Shown here one piece after another: positions 30,939 to 41,474 of a stretch of 64,000 nucleotides of DNA. Both the position numbers and the translations under genes were made by a program. The notes under the pieces were generated by a model that saw nothing but the letters and a program-made list of their open reading frames with translations, was not told the origin of the DNA and made no database searches. Source of the DNA: an uncultured Actinomycetota bacterium (GTDB lineage: Bacteria; Actinomycetota; Actinomycetes; JAHEKZ01); contig CAVQYR010000002.1 of NCBI GenBank assembly GCA_963718235.1, forward strand, positions 320,001-384,000, read 5' to 3'. Each line of letters begins with the position of its first letter. Position 1 is the first letter of the stretch.

Positions 30939-31928
30939 GTGACGGGTTTCGTGATCCGACGACTCATCGCCATGGTGCTGATGCTGGTCGCGCTCTCGAT
31001 CGTCACCTTCTTGATGTTCGCCGTGCTCCCGTCCGATCCGGCAGCGCTCACCTGCGGCAAGTCCTGCAGCCCCCAGGTGATCGAGGCCAACCGGATCCGA
31101 CTCGGGCTGGACAAGCCGCTGGTCGAGCAGTACACGACCTTCGCCAAGGCGATCTTCGTCGGTCGTACCTACGGATCCGGAAGCCAGACCTTCGAGTGCC
31201 CCGCCCCGTGCTTCGGTTACTCGTTCAACCGGGGCGAGGAGGTCCGGACCCTCATCCGCGACGCGCTCCCGGCCACGATCTCGGTGGCGATCGGGTCGTT
31301 CATCGTCTGGATGGTCACCGGTGTCCTGTTAGGGATCTTCGCTGCCCTTCGAAGAGGTAGGTGGCAGGACCGTTCGGCGATGGGGTTCGCACTGATCGGC
31401 TACTCGTTCCCCTCCTTCTTCATCGGGTACGTCCTGCTCTTCTTCCTAGTGTTCAAGTTCCCGGTCTTCCCTCCACCACGCTACGTGCCGTTCGCCGAGG
31501 ACCCGGGTCTGTGGTTCCAGGGCCTGATCCTCCCGTGGATCACCCTGGCCATGCTCTACGCCGCGTACTACGTGCGGCTGACCCGCAACCAGATGCTGGA
31601 GACCCTCGGCGAGGACTACATCCGTACCGCGCGGTCCAAGGGGCTGAGCGAGCGCACGGTCATCTACAAGCACGGTTTCCGGGCCGGCCTCACACCGCTC
31701 GTCACCTCCGCAGGGCTCGACCTCGCCGGACTGCTGGGCGGGGCGATCATCGTCGAGTCGATCTTCAACATCCCCGGTCTCGGCCGGCTGGCCATCCAGT
31801 CGGTGCTCGACTCCGACCTGCCCGTGGTGATCGCCATCGTGCTGGTGACGGCGGTCTTCATCATCGTGGCCAACATCGTCGTCGACATCCTGTACGCGGT
31901 CATCGACCCACGGGTGAGGCTCGCATGA
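30939..31928 (+). CDS. Oligopeptide ABC permease (OppB-like)
   Basis: FVIRRL, LGLDKPL, EDYIRTARSKGL, DILYAVIDPRVR. Confidence 0.93.
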   Translation: MTGFVIRRLIAMVLMLVALSIVTFLMFAVLPSDPAALTCGKSCSPQVIEANRIRLGLDKPLVEQYTTFAKAIFVGRTYGSGSQTFECPAPCFGYSFNRGEEVRTLIRDALPATISVAIGSFIVWMVTGVLLGIFAALRRGRWQDRSAMGFALIGYSFPSFFIGYVLLFFLVFKFPVFPPPRYVPFAEDPGLWFQGLILPWITLAMLYAAYYVRLTRNQMLETLGEDYIRTARSKGLSERTVIYKHGFRAGLTPLVTSAGLDLAGLLGGAIIVESIFNIPGLGRLAIQSVLDSDLPVVIAIVLVTAVFIIVANIVVDILYAVIDPRVRLA

Positions 31929-32995
31929 CCCAGCCCTTCCTCGACGTCACCGACCTGACCGTCGCCTTCCCGACCGAGGACGGCATCGTCCATGCGGTCA
32001 ACGGCGTGAGCTTCACCCTCGAACGTGACGAGACCCTGGCCATCGTCGGTGAGTCCGGCTCCGGCAAGAGCGTGACCAGCCAGGCGATCATGGGGCTGAT
32101 CAACCGCAAGGCGGCCAGCGTCACGGGGACCGCCTTCTTCGACGGGCTGGACCTCGTGTCCGCAAGCGACGATGCCATCCGCTCGCTGCGCGGCAGCAAG
32201 ATGGCCATGATCTTCCAGGACCCCCTGTCGTCCCTGCACCCCTTCTACTCGGTGGGCAAGCAGCTGGTCGAGGCCGTCCGGGTGCACCAGGACGTAAGCA
32301 AGCAGCAGGCGCGCACCTTGTCGATCGAGATGCTCGACCGGGTGGGCATTCCTGCCCCGGACCGCCGGATCGACGACTACCCCCACCAGCTGTCCGGGGG
32401 CATGAGGCAGCGAGTCATGATCGCGATGGCGCTGATCAACTCCCCGCAGCTGTTGATCGCCGACGAGCCGACCACCGCTCTCGACGTCACGGTGCAGGCG
32501 CAGATCCTGGAGCTCATCAAGGACCTGCAGCGGGAGTTCCACGCAGCGGTCATCGTGATCACCCACGACCTGGGCGTGGTCGCAGAGGTCGCCGACAAGG
32601 TCGCGGTCATGTACGGCGGTCAGATCGTCGAGCGCGGGGGAATCGACGAGGTGTACCACCACCCCGAGATGCCCTACACGATCGGTCTGATGGCGTCGGT
32701 GCCGCGCATGGACAAACCGCGGACGGCGCGCCTGGAGCCCATTCCCGGGCAGCCCCCTTCGCTGCTCGGGATGCCCGACGGATGTGTCTTCCGGCCACGG
32801 TGCGCGTACGTCGACCAGGTGGCCGAGGGCCGGTGCCACGACCAACGTCCCGACCTGCTGCCGACCATCCCGACCGAGCACCTGGTGCGCTGCCACATCG
32901 AACCCGAACAGCGCAGAGCCAACGCGCTTGCGGTGCTCGGTGAGCGGCGCACTGCGGTGGCCGCGGCCGAGGGCTCGTCAGGAGAGGCATCGTGA
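31925..32995 (+). CDS. Oligopeptide ABC ATPase (OppD-like)
   Basis: [37 protein letters not shown]-terminal Cys motif. Confidence 0.94.
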   Translation: MTQPFLDVTDLTVAFPTEDGIVHAVNGVSFTLERDETLAIVGESGSGKSVTSQAIMGLINRKAASVTGTAFFDGLDLVSASDDAIRSLRGSKMAMIFQDPLSSLHPFYSVGKQLVEAVRVHQDVSKQQARTLSIEMLDRVGIPAPDRRIDDYPHQLSGGMRQRVMIAMALINSPQLLIADEPTTALDVTVQAQILELIKDLQREFHAAVIVITHDLGVVAEVADKVAVMYGGQIVERGGIDEVYHHPEMPYTIGLMASVPRMDKPRTARLEPIPGQPPSLLGMPDGCVFRPRCAYVDQVAEGRCHDQRPDLLPTIPTEHLVRCHIEPEQRRANALAVLGERRTAVAAAEGSSGEAS

Positions 32996-34086
32996 CCGAG
33001 ACCCCGCAGACCACGGCCGGCGCCCCGACCGGTGAGCCGCTGCTCAGCGTCAGCGGTCTCAAGAAGTACTTTCCGGTCACCAAGGGCAGCCTGATCCGGC
33101 GGCACACGGGTGACGTCAAGGCGGTCGACGACATCACCCTCGACGTCCACCCGGGTGAGACGGTCGGTCTGGTGGGCGAGAGCGGGTCGGGCAAGTCGAC
33201 CGCCGGTCGCACGATGCTGAAGCTGCTGGAGCCCACGGCGGGCAACCTGGTCTTCAACGGCCGCGACATCACCGGGCTCAGCCGCCGCGAGATGGTGCCG
33301 CTGCGCCGGGAGATGCAGATGATCTTCCAGGACCCCTACTCCTCGCTCAACCCGAGGCACACGGTGGGCACGATCATCTCCCAGCCGTTCAAGGTGCAGA
33401 AGATCGACCCGCCCGACGGTCTGAAGTCTGCGGTGCAGCAGCTCATGGAGCGGGTGGGGCTCAACCCCGAGCACTACAACCGCTACCCGAACGAGTTCTC
33501 CGGCGGGCAGCGGCAGCGCATCGGGGTCGCGCGTGCGCTGGCCCTGAACCCCAAGCTGATCGTGGCCGACGAGCCCGTGTCCGCGTTGGACGTTTCCATC
33601 CAGGCCCAGGTCGTCAACTTGTTGGAGGACCTGCAGAACGAGTTCGGCGTCGCCTACCTCTTCATTGCACACGACCTGTCGGTCGTTCGCCACATCTCCG
33701 ACCGGGTCGCCGTCATGTACCTCGGTCACATCGTCGAGTTCACCCCGGCCGACGCGTTGTACTCCAGGCCGCGGCACCCGTACACCGTCGCCCTGCTGTC
33801 CGCGGTTCCCCTGCCCGACCCGGAGCTGGAGCGTCAACGGACCCGGATCCTGCTCAAGGGAGACCTGCCCTCACCGATCGACCCGCCGTCGGGGTGCGTC
33901 TTCCGGACGCGCTGCTGGAAGGCCCAGGAGATCTGCTCCGTCGAGTCGCCGCCGCTGCAGAACGAGGCGCCGAACCACCTGGTGGCCTGTCACTTCCCGG
34001 TGACGGAGGAAGAGCTCGCCAAGGCCGGTGGCGTCACGCCCGCTGCGGCTGCGGCTGCGGCCGGGATCGTCACCCCCAGCGCCTGA
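32992..34086 (+). CDS. Oligopeptide ABC ATPase (OppF-like)
   Basis: [46 protein letters not shown]. Confidence 0.94.
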   Translation: MTETPQTTAGAPTGEPLLSVSGLKKYFPVTKGSLIRRHTGDVKAVDDITLDVHPGETVGLVGESGSGKSTAGRTMLKLLEPTAGNLVFNGRDITGLSRREMVPLRREMQMIFQDPYSSLNPRHTVGTIISQPFKVQKIDPPDGLKSAVQQLMERVGLNPEHYNRYPNEFSGGQRQRIGVARALALNPKLIVADEPVSALDVSIQAQVVNLLEDLQNEFGVAYLFIAHDLSVVRHISDRVAVMYLGHIVEFTPADALYSRPRHPYTVALLSAVPLPDPELERQRTRILLKGDLPSPIDPPSGCVFRTRCWKAQEICSVESPPLQNEAPNHLVACHFPVTEEELAKAGGVTPAAAAAAAGIVTPSA

Positions 34087-36182
34087 CCCAGGAACTCCAC
34101 CTGCAGCAGCAGCAGGTTCTCCGCGACCTCCTCCTGCGGGGTCATGTGGGTGACTCCCCCGGACAAGGGGAGAACCGTGTGCGCGCAGCCGGACGCCATC
34201 AGCCGTCCGGACAGCTGGAGGGTGTGCCCGACGGTGACGTTGTCGTCGGCGAAACCGTGGATCAGCATGAGCGGCCGCTCGAGGCGGTCGGCCAACGGCA
34301 GCAGTGAGGTGTCCCGGTAGGCCCGGGGCTGCTCCGCCGGGAGCCCGAGGTACCGCTCGGTGTAGGCGGTGTCGTACAGGGCCCAGTCGGTGACCGGTGC
34401 GCCGGCTACCGCGGCATGGAAGACGTCGGGCCGACGGAGCACTGCGAGCGCAGCGAGGTAGCCACCGAACGACCAACCGCGGATCGCCACCCGGTCCAGG
34501 TCGAGCGCAGGGAACCGGTCCGCGGCGGCATGCAGTGCCTCGACCTGGTCGGCGAGCACGTCGGTGGCCAGGTCGAACCGGACGGCACGCTCCCACTGCG
34601 GGTCGCGTGGAGTGCCCCGCCCGTCGGCGACGACCACGGCGAAGCCCTGGTCGGCGAACCACTGCGCCTCGCGGAAGGCTCCCTGCGCCTTGAGCACCTG
34701 CTGGGCGTGCGGGCCGCCGTAAGGATCGAGCAGGACGGGCAGCGACCCGTCCTCGACGTCCTCGAGGGCCATCCCGGAGGGGAGCAGTACGGCGATCCGC
34801 AGGTCGTGGTCGGTCGACGTGATCAGCGTCGGCTGCGGACGCAGCCGGGGTGCCGTCGCCGTACTCGCGACCGGCCAGTGCCCTCCGTCGGAGGTGCGGA
34901 TCACGGTGCGGGGAAGGGCAGCCTCGAGCGTGGCGCTCGAGATGACGTGGCAACCCCCACCGGACACGCCGGAGTGGACCCCAGGGTCTGTGGTCAGCGC
35001 CCGCAGGGCGTCAGGCGTCCACGACCACAGGTGCAGCTCGGTCGGCTCTGAGGTGGCAGACAGCACCACCTCCCGGTCGGTCACCGCCGCGACGCCCCTC
35101 ACCTGCAGGCCCGACGGGGTGGCGGGGACGCCGTCGACGCAAAGCGCGTAGCGGCCGTCATGCACCTCGACGGTGAGCAGCTGCCCGCTGGGGCCCCAGG
35201 CCGGAACCCCGGGCACCACGTCGACCCAGCAGGGGTCGGACTGCTCACGCACGAGCGTGGTAGACCCCGACGTCGGGTCCACGGACAGCACCTGCGCACG
35301 CCCCTGCCGACGGTCGAGCACCTGGACCAGCGGCAGTCCACGGTCGGACCAGTGGACGGCTGAGAGGTACTCGAACGTGTCCCGGTCCCACGTCACCTCC
35401 CGACGTTCGCCGTCGAGCCCGACCAGCCAGAGCGTGACGTCGGCATTGCTTGTGCCAGCGGCGGGGTACCGATGCTCGACCGGGCGCACGGACGGGTTGG
35501 CCGGGTCGCTGACCCACCACGTCTCGACGGGGGACTCGTCGTACCGCTCGACCAGGAGCTGGTCGCTGTCGGGGGACCACCAGCAGCCGCGCGAGCGCTC
35601 GAGCTCCTCGGCGGAGGCGAAGTCGGCCAGGCCCCACACCACGTGCTCGCCGTCCGGTTCCACCAGGCTGCGATCGGATCCGGTCGCCACCTCCGCGAGT
35701 CGCAGCGCGCCGCTCGACGCGTAAGCCACGAACCCGCCGTCGGGCGAGAGCCGCGGGTCGACGATCGGAGTCTGCGCGGGCAGCTCGCGTGACGTGTGCG
35801 ACTCGACGTCGGTGACGAAGAGCCGCCCGGACAGGGCGAAGGTGAGCAGTGCGGCCGCGCTGTCGCTGGCGTAGCCGACGATTCCGCCGGCACTCTCGCG
35901 CATCCGCTCCCGCCGTGCCCGCTCTTCGGGGGACAGGTCCTCACCGCCGGTGCCCAGAAGGAGGGCTGGGTCGGCCAGCAGGTGCTCATGACCCGTGGCG
36001 GTGTCCAGGCGAAACAACCGGCCGACCCGGTCGGTACCGCTCGCGGACCGAACGAACAGGACCCGACGACCGTCGGGGCTGACCGCGAAGCTTCGGGGCC
36101 GCCCCAGGGTGTAGCGCTGGGTCCGCGCGTTCTCCCGCGGGTAGTCCCTGGAGGTCTCGGACGTCGAGGAGGGGTGGGTCAT
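33990..36182 (-). CDS. S9B dipeptidyl-peptidase IV-like peptidase
   Basis: Propeller repeats, YGGP, GWSFGGY nucleophile, DDNV, TH; ATG at 36182. Confidence 0.92.
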   Translation of the reverse strand: MTHPSSTSETSRDYPRENARTQRYTLGRPRSFAVSPDGRRVLFVRSASGTDRVGRLFRLDTATGHEHLLADPALLLGTGGEDLSPEERARRERMRESAGGIVGYASDSAAALLTFALSGRLFVTDVESHTSRELPAQTPIVDPRLSPDGGFVAYASSGALRLAEVATGSDRSLVEPDGEHVVWGLADFASAEELERSRGCWWSPDSDQLLVERYDESPVETWWVSDPANPSVRPVEHRYPAAGTSNADVTLWLVGLDGERREVTWDRDTFEYLSAVHWSDRGLPLVQVLDRRQGRAQVLSVDPTSGSTTLVREQSDPCWVDVVPGVPAWGPSGQLLTVEVHDGRYALCVDGVPATPSGLQVRGVAAVTDREVVLSATSEPTELHLWSWTPDALRALTTDPGVHSGVSGGGCHVISSATLEAALPRTVIRTSDGGHWPVASTATAPRLRPQPTLITSTDHDLRIAVLLPSGMALEDVEDGSLPVLLDPYGGPHAQQVLKAQGAFREAQWFADQGFAVVVADGRGTPRDPQWERAVRFDLATDVLADQVEALHAAADRFPALDLDRVAIRGWSFGGYLAALAVLRRPDVFHAAVAGAPVTDWALYDTAYTERYLGLPAEQPRAYRDTSLLPLADRLERPLMLIHGFADDNVTVGHTLQLSGRLMASGCAHTVLPLSGGVTHMTPQEEVAENLLLLQVEFLGQALGVTIPAAAAAAAGVTPPALASSSSVTGK

Positions 36183-36218
36183 GGCCCGATCCAACCAGTC
36201 GCGTCTACCCTGCACGAC

Positions 36219-37145
36219 ATGTCCCACCAAGCTCAGGTCCCCACCCCCTCCGCCGAGCGCCGGATGGTCCTGGTGCACGCCCACCCCGACGACGAGTGCA
36301 TCGGCACCGGGGTGACGATGGCGCGCTACGTCGCCGAAGGGGCCAAGGTCACCCTCGTCACCTGCACCCGCGGAGAGGAGGGCGAGGTCCTCGTTCCCGC
36401 GCTGACCCACCTCGCTGCCGAGCACACCGACGAGCTCGGTGCGCACCGTGAGGACGAGCTGGCGGCGGCGATGGCCGAGCTGGGGGTCAGCGACTTCCGC
36501 TTCCTCGGGGGTGCCGGTCGGTACCGCGACTCCGGAATGATGGGGACGCCGAGCAACGACCGGGAGCAGTCATTCTGGCGGGCCGACCTGCTCGAGGCGG
36601 CTACCTCGTTGGTTGAGGTGCTGCGCGACGTGCGCCCGCACGTGCTCGTGACCTACGACGACTTCGGCGGCTACGGGCACCCCGACCACATCCAGGCCCA
36701 CCGGGTGGCCATGTACGCCGCGCTGCTGGCCGCGGCGCCGTCGTTTCGCCCCGACCTCGGTGAGGCGTGGGACGTCCCGAAGATCTACTGGACCGCGCTG
36801 CCGAGGTCGTTCATCCAACAGGGGATCGATGCGCTCGTGGCTGCGGGTGGCACGGGCCTGTTTGGTCTGGAGAGCGCGGACGACCTGCCCTTCGCGATCG
36901 AGGACGACGTGGTGACGACGCGGATCGACGGGCGTGCGTTCGAACCACGCAAGATGGCGGCGTTGCGCGCGCACGAGACGCAGATCGAGGCCGAGAGCGA
37001 GTTCTTCACGATGGCCGACATGATCGGTCCGGATGCGATGGGCGTCGAGTTCTTCCGGCTGGTGCGCGGCCCCCTGGGCGAGCGGGACCCCGACGGCTAC
37101 GAGTCAGACCTGTTCTCCGCCCTTTCCACTCCGCCGTCCGGGTGA
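36219..37145 (+). CDS. mshB: GlcNAc-Ins deacetylase MshB (mycothiol biosynthesis)
   Basis: VHAHPDDE, TCTRGEEGE, YRDSGMMG, GGYGHPDHIQAH; conserved position after the S9 peptidase; TACCCT -10 seven nt upstream. Confidence 0.9.
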   Translation: MSHQAQVPTPSAERRMVLVHAHPDDECIGTGVTMARYVAEGAKVTLVTCTRGEEGEVLVPALTHLAAEHTDELGAHREDELAAAMAELGVSDFRFLGGAGRYRDSGMMGTPSNDREQSFWRADLLEAATSLVEVLRDVRPHVLVTYDDFGGYGHPDHIQAHRVAMYAALLAAAPSFRPDLGEAWDVPKIYWTALPRSFIQQGIDALVAAGGTGLFGLESADDLPFAIEDDVVTTRIDGRAFEPRKMAALRAHETQIEAESEFFTMADMIGPDAMGVEFFRLVRGPLGERDPDGYESDLFSALSTPPSG

Positions 37146-37237
37146 CGGGCGGGGGCTACGCCGTTCGGGTGGTCGCCCCGCTTCCGCTCGCACACGCGGA
37201 CGAAGCCGGTCAGAGTGACACCACGGGCTGACGGACA

Positions 37238-39256
37238 GTGACGACCGAGCCCTCGAACCGTAGGGGAGATGACGTGACGGACACGCAGCGCGAGGAGGCA
37301 CGAGCCGGAGCCTCGGCGGCCCTCGGGGGTCAGACCCGGGACGTGATGTCCGTGCACGGCGCCGACGTCGGACAAGGTCGTGAGCGTCAGCGGATCCGCC
37401 GGCTTCGCCGGCTGACCGTCTTCCTCGTCATCCCGGGGCTCTACCTTTGGTTCCGGATCCTGTCCGGGGACCCCGTGCGGTTCGGCCTTCCGGAGTTCGA
37501 CCTCTACCTGCTGGTCCCCGTGCTGTTCTTCGTCACCCTGATCGCCATCCTGGTCGGGAGCTCGGTCGGAGCCGGCCGCTCTCCCCACGTCACCTACCGT
37601 CCCGAGCAGATCACCACGCGGTTGGACGACGTCAAGGGCATCGACCCGGTCAAGGAAGACGTGATCCGGTCGCTCAACCTCTTCCTGGCCCACAAGACCT
37701 TCGCCAGCGAGATGGGGGGAACACCTCGCCGTGGCCTGCTCTTCGAGGGCGACCCCGGGACGGGCAAGACCTTTCTCGCCAAGGCGATGGCTCGCGAGGC
37801 AGGCGTCCCGTTCCTGTTCGTCTCGGCCACGAGCTTCCAGTCGATGTACTACGGCGCGACCGCGCGCAAGATCCGGTCGTACTTCAAGAAGCTGCGGAAG
37901 ATGGCTCGCCAGGAAGGAGGAGTGATCGGCTTCATCGAGGAGATCGACGCGATCGCGACGGCCCGTGGCGGGCTGTCCGCCACGACCATGCCGGAGTCGA
38001 TCGCCGCGTCAGGGCTGCATGCCTGCGGTGCGGTTGCCGCGATGCCCTCGACCTACCTTCGGCTCGGGGGTTCGGTCACCGGTGGCTCGGGCACGGTGAA
38101 GCACCCCTCCATGGTGAGCGAGGGTGTGGGCGGGGTGGTCAACGAGCTCCTGGTGCAGATGCAGTCGTTCGACGAGCCCACGGGCTGGCAGAAGCTGCAC
38201 ACCCGGGTCGTCGAGTGGGTCAACCTCCTCCTGCCGCTGCACCGGCAGCTCAAGCGTCCGGAGCCCCCCGCCACCAACATCCTGCTCATCGCGGCGACCA
38301 ACCGGGCAGACAACCTCGACCCCGCGCTGCTGCGGCCCGGACGCTTCGACCGTCGACTGACCTTCGAGCGCCCGAGCAAGCCCGGACGACGCGAGATCAT
38401 CGACCACTACCTGACCGTCAAGGCGCACGACAGCGAGCTGGACGACGACGTGACGCGGGACCAGCTGGCAGCCGCGACCCAGGGCTACACCCCCGTCATG
38501 ATCGAGCACCTCTTCGACGAGGCGCTGGTCAACGCAGTCCGTCGCGGAGACGGTGCCATGACGTGGCCGGACGTGGAGCGCGCCCGACTCGTCGAGGAGG
38601 TCGGGCTCGGGCAGCCCGTCACGTACACCGAGCACGAGCGCCGGCTGATCGCGACGCACGAGGCCGGCCACGCCACGGTCGCGTACCTGGTGGCCCCCCA
38701 CCGGCGGCTGGAGATCCTCACGATCATCAAGCGCCGCAGTGCTCTCGGGATGCTCGCCCACGGCGACGTCGAGGAGGTCTACACCCGCTCCCGCAAGGAG
38801 ATGCTCGGGCTGATCCAGATCGCCTTCGGTGGGCAGTGCGCCGAGGAGATCTTCTTCGGTGACGTGACCACCGGGCCCGGGGGTGACCTCCTCTACGCAA
38901 CCAATGTGGCGGCCGACATGGTCGGTTCGTGCGGGATGGTGGACTCGCTGGTCTCCTACGCCGCGATCCAGAACAGCGCCTTCAACGACAGCAACATCGC
39001 CGGCCGCGTGCTCAGCGACCCCGACGGACGAGCTCAGGTCGAAGACCTCCTGCAGGAGCAGAAGGTGCTCGTTCGAGGGCTGCTCGACTCCAACGCGCAC
39101 CTCGTCGAGGCGCTTCGGGACGCACTCATCGAGCGTGAGGAGCTGATCGGGGGGCAGATCAGCGAGGTCCTCGACGCGGCCAGGGCGGCGCACGAGGGCG
39201 CGTCGCAGGTCATCGACCTTCGCGCCGACGCGGCAAAGGCGCCGGTCAGCGGCTGA
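37238..39256 (+). CDS. FtsH-like membrane AAA+ ATPase / M41 Zn protease paralog
   Basis: 2 TM, GDPGTGKT, FIEEIDA, ATNRADNLDPALLRPGRFDR, HEAGH; start may be 37274. Confidence 0.88.
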   Translation: MTTEPSNRRGDDVTDTQREEARAGASAALGGQTRDVMSVHGADVGQGRERQRIRRLRRLTVFLVIPGLYLWFRILSGDPVRFGLPEFDLYLLVPVLFFVTLIAILVGSSVGAGRSPHVTYRPEQITTRLDDVKGIDPVKEDVIRSLNLFLAHKTFASEMGGTPRRGLLFEGDPGTGKTFLAKAMAREAGVPFLFVSATSFQSMYYGATARKIRSYFKKLRKMARQEGGVIGFIEEIDAIATARGGLSATTMPESIAASGLHACGAVAAMPSTYLRLGGSVTGGSGTVKHPSMVSEGVGGVVNELLVQMQSFDEPTGWQKLHTRVVEWVNLLLPLHRQLKRPEPPATNILLIAATNRADNLDPALLRPGRFDRRLTFERPSKPGRREIIDHYLTVKAHDSELDDDVTRDQLAAATQGYTPVMIEHLFDEALVNAVRRGDGAMTWPDVERARLVEEVGLGQPVTYTEHERRLIATHEAGHATVAYLVAPHRRLEILTIIKRRSALGMLAHGDVEEVYTRSRKEMLGLIQIAFGGQCAEEIFFGDVTTGPGGDLLYATNVAADMVGSCGMVDSLVSYAAIQNSAFNDSNIAGRVLSDPDGRAQVEDLLQEQKVLVRGLLDSNAHLVEALRDALIEREELIGGQISEVLDAARAAHEGASQVIDLRADAAKAPVSG

Positions 39257-39260
39257 GGCT

Positions 39261-39299
39261 GGGCCGATCGGGCTACAGATGGGACAACCAGTGGTCGAT
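39261..39299 (+). promoter_or_regulatory. GGCCGATCGGGC box + sigma28-like promoter TACA-N16-GTCGAT before cheW
   Basis: Same arrangement and spacing at 48615 and 50359. Confidence 0.6.
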
Positions 39300-39819
39300 G
39301 TTGGCCGATGTGGAGACCGTCGACGCGCTGACCCGAACGACTGACGATGCCGACAGCGGTGTCGCGGTGCCGATCCGTGGGGTGATCCTGCGCTTCGCGG
39401 GGGCCCGCTACGCCGTCGACATGGCTACGGTGGCCGAGGTCGTTCCGGTGCCCTTCGTCACCCGAATCCCCGGGGCGCCCGCGTGGCTGTCCGGAGTCGT
39501 GAACTGGCGTGGGCGGGTCCTGCCGGTGATGGACCTGCGCCCTCTCGTGGGAGCTCCGTTGGCCCCGTCGCCGACCAGCGCCCGTCTGGTCGTGCTCAGC
39601 GTCGACGACGTGGAGTGCGGCCTGGTCGCCGACATGGTCCCGGGCCTGCTCGACTGCGACGCGTCGACCCTCGAGCCCATGCCGGCCACGGCGGCACACA
39701 GCATCGGGCCGCTCGTCCGCGGGATCCTGGACGACGGGGGACCGGTGGCCCTCCTCGACAGTGCGGCGGTGCTGAGCCTGCGTGAGCAGCTTCCGACGGC
39801 ACGCCGAGCCACCCGATGA
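39298..39819 (+). CDS. cheW: Chemotaxis coupling protein CheW
   Basis: [38 protein letters not shown]; real start possibly GTG 39310. Confidence 0.92.
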   Translation: MLADVETVDALTRTTDDADSGVAVPIRGVILRFAGARYAVDMATVAEVVPVPFVTRIPGAPAWLSGVVNWRGRVLPVMDLRPLVGAPLAPSPTSARLVVLSVDDVECGLVADMVPGLLDCDASTLEPMPATAAHSIGPLVRGILDDGGPVALLDSAAVLSLREQLPTARRATR

Positions 39820-41474
39820 ACGCCATCTTCAGTCGCCGGGACATGGCGGCCACCATGTCGGTGCATCTGCTGTTCGCCGCGATGGTCGTGGTCGCGCTCG
39901 TGCTCGAGCAGCGGTACACGCCGGCCGTGGTCCTGTCCCTGCCGCTTGCCATGCTCGCCGTGGTCGTGGCGGTCGCCACTAGCGTCTTCACCTCGGGGGT
40001 GGCGGTCTGGACCTGGCGCACCCGGCGAGGGATCGACACCACGTCGGTCTGGGACCCGGTCACCTCGCTGGTCCAGCTCGGCGTGGCGCTGGTCGCGACG
40101 TACTCCCTTGGCGGGTTCGCGGGCGTCGGATGGATGCTCGTGCTCGTCCTGGTGCCCTACTTCGGGGTGGTCTTCGGCACCGGTCAGCTGCGAGTCCTCG
40201 CAGTGGTGGCAGGAGTGGCCACGACCGCGATCGGGGTGGTGAGCGAGAGCTGGGGCGCCGCCCGACTCCCGACCGCCGTGATGGCGGTAGGGACGGTCGT
40301 CCTCACTCTGTGGTTCACCGAGCAGTCGGCGTCCTACCTCTTCAGCATGAGGCGGCACGCGCAGCTCCAGCAGCAGGCGGTCGAGGGCCGCGCCCAGGAG
40401 ATCTCCGAGGCACTCAGTGCGGCGGCCGTCGGTGACCTGACGGTCCACGCCCCCGCGCACGGCGAGCGCTCCGAGCTCGACGTCGAGTCGACCCGATCGT
40501 TGGACGACCTGGCTGGGTCGTTTGATCACACGGTGGCGGCGTTGAGGGTGTTGGTGGGTCAGGTTCGGTCGGGTGGGGAGCAGATGGGGGCTGCGGCGGG
40601 TCAGGTGTTGGTGGCGGCTCAGGAGCAGGCGGTGTCGGCGGCGGAGCAGTCGTCTGCGGTGGCGCAGACGACGGCGACGATTGAGGAGTTGGCGGCGACG
40701 GCGGCTCAGATTGCTGAGACGTCGGAGTCGGTGGCGCGGTTCGCGTCGGAGACGTTGGGGTTTGCTGAGCAGGGTCGTTCGGCGGTGGCTGCGTCGGTGG
40801 CGGCGATGGACAGTATTGCGTCGCGGGTGGATTCGATTGCTTCTCGGGCTTTGGGGTTGGGGGAGAAGGGTCAGGAGATCGGTCGGATTCTGCAGGTGAT
40901 TGATGAGTTGGCTGATCAGACGAACTTGTTGGCGTTGAATGCTGCGATTGAGGCGGCTCGTGCGGGTGAGCATGGGCGTGGGTTCGCGGTGGTGGCTTCT
41001 GAGGTTCGTAAGTTGGCGGAGCGTTCTCAGGAGTCCGCGGGTCAGATCCAGGCGATTGTGACTCAGATTCAGGCTGAGACGAATGCGACGATCTTGGCGT
41101 CTGAGGCTGGGGCCCGTGAGGTGCATCAGGGGGCGGGGTTGGCCCAAGACGTGGTGGTGGCGTTGGAGCGGATCTCCGGGATGGTGGATGAGACGACCAC
41201 TGCGGCCAAGGAGATCAGTATTGCCACTCAGCAGCAGCGCAGTGCTTCTGACCAGGTGGTCTCGGCGATGACCCAGGTCTCTGATGTGTCTCGGCAGTAC
41301 GCGGTGGGTTCCAAGCAGGCCGCGGCCGCGGCCGGTCAGCTGACCACGTTGGCTGCGGAGCTGCGGGCCTCGATCGCCCAGTTCAAGACCAACGAGGCAC
41401 CGGGGCGGCCATCGAGTGCGACCCACGCCGCACCTCATCACGATCGGGAGCGAGTCGGTGTACACCAGGCGTAA
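39816..41474 (+). CDS. Methyl-accepting chemotaxis protein 1 (multi-TM sensor)
   Basis: [39 protein letters not shown] hairpin; ~6 TM N-terminus. Confidence 0.95.
   Translation: MNAIFSRRDMAATMSVHLLFAAMVVVALVLEQRYTPAVVLSLPLAMLAVVVAVATSVFTSGVAVWTWRTRRGIDTTSVWDPVTSLVQLGVALVATYSLGGFAGVGWMLVLVLVPYFGVVFGTGQLRVLAVVAGVATTAIGVVSESWGAARLPTAVMAVGTVVLTLWFTEQSASYLFSMRRHAQLQQQAVEGRAQEISEALSAAAVGDLTVHAPAHGERSELDVESTRSLDDLAGSFDHTVAALRVLVGQVRSGGEQMGAAAGQVLVAAQEQAVSAAEQSSAVAQTTATIEELAATAAQIAETSESVARFASETLGFAEQGRSAVAASVAAMDSIASRVDSIASRALGLGEKGQEIGRILQVIDELADQTNLLALNAAIEAARAGEHGRGFAVVASEVRKLAERSQESAGQIQAIVTQIQAETNATILASEAGAREVHQGAGLAQDVVVALERISGMVDETTTAAKEISIATQQQRSASDQVVSAMTQVSDVSRQYAVGSKQAAAAAGQLTTLAAELRASIAQFKTNEAPGRPSSATHAAPHHDRERVGVHQA
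40509..41395 (+). repeat. G/T-skewed signalling-domain cassette, copy 1 (887 bp)
   Basis: Near-identical to 42145-43031, 49539-50267 and 51297-52140. Confidence 0.93.
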
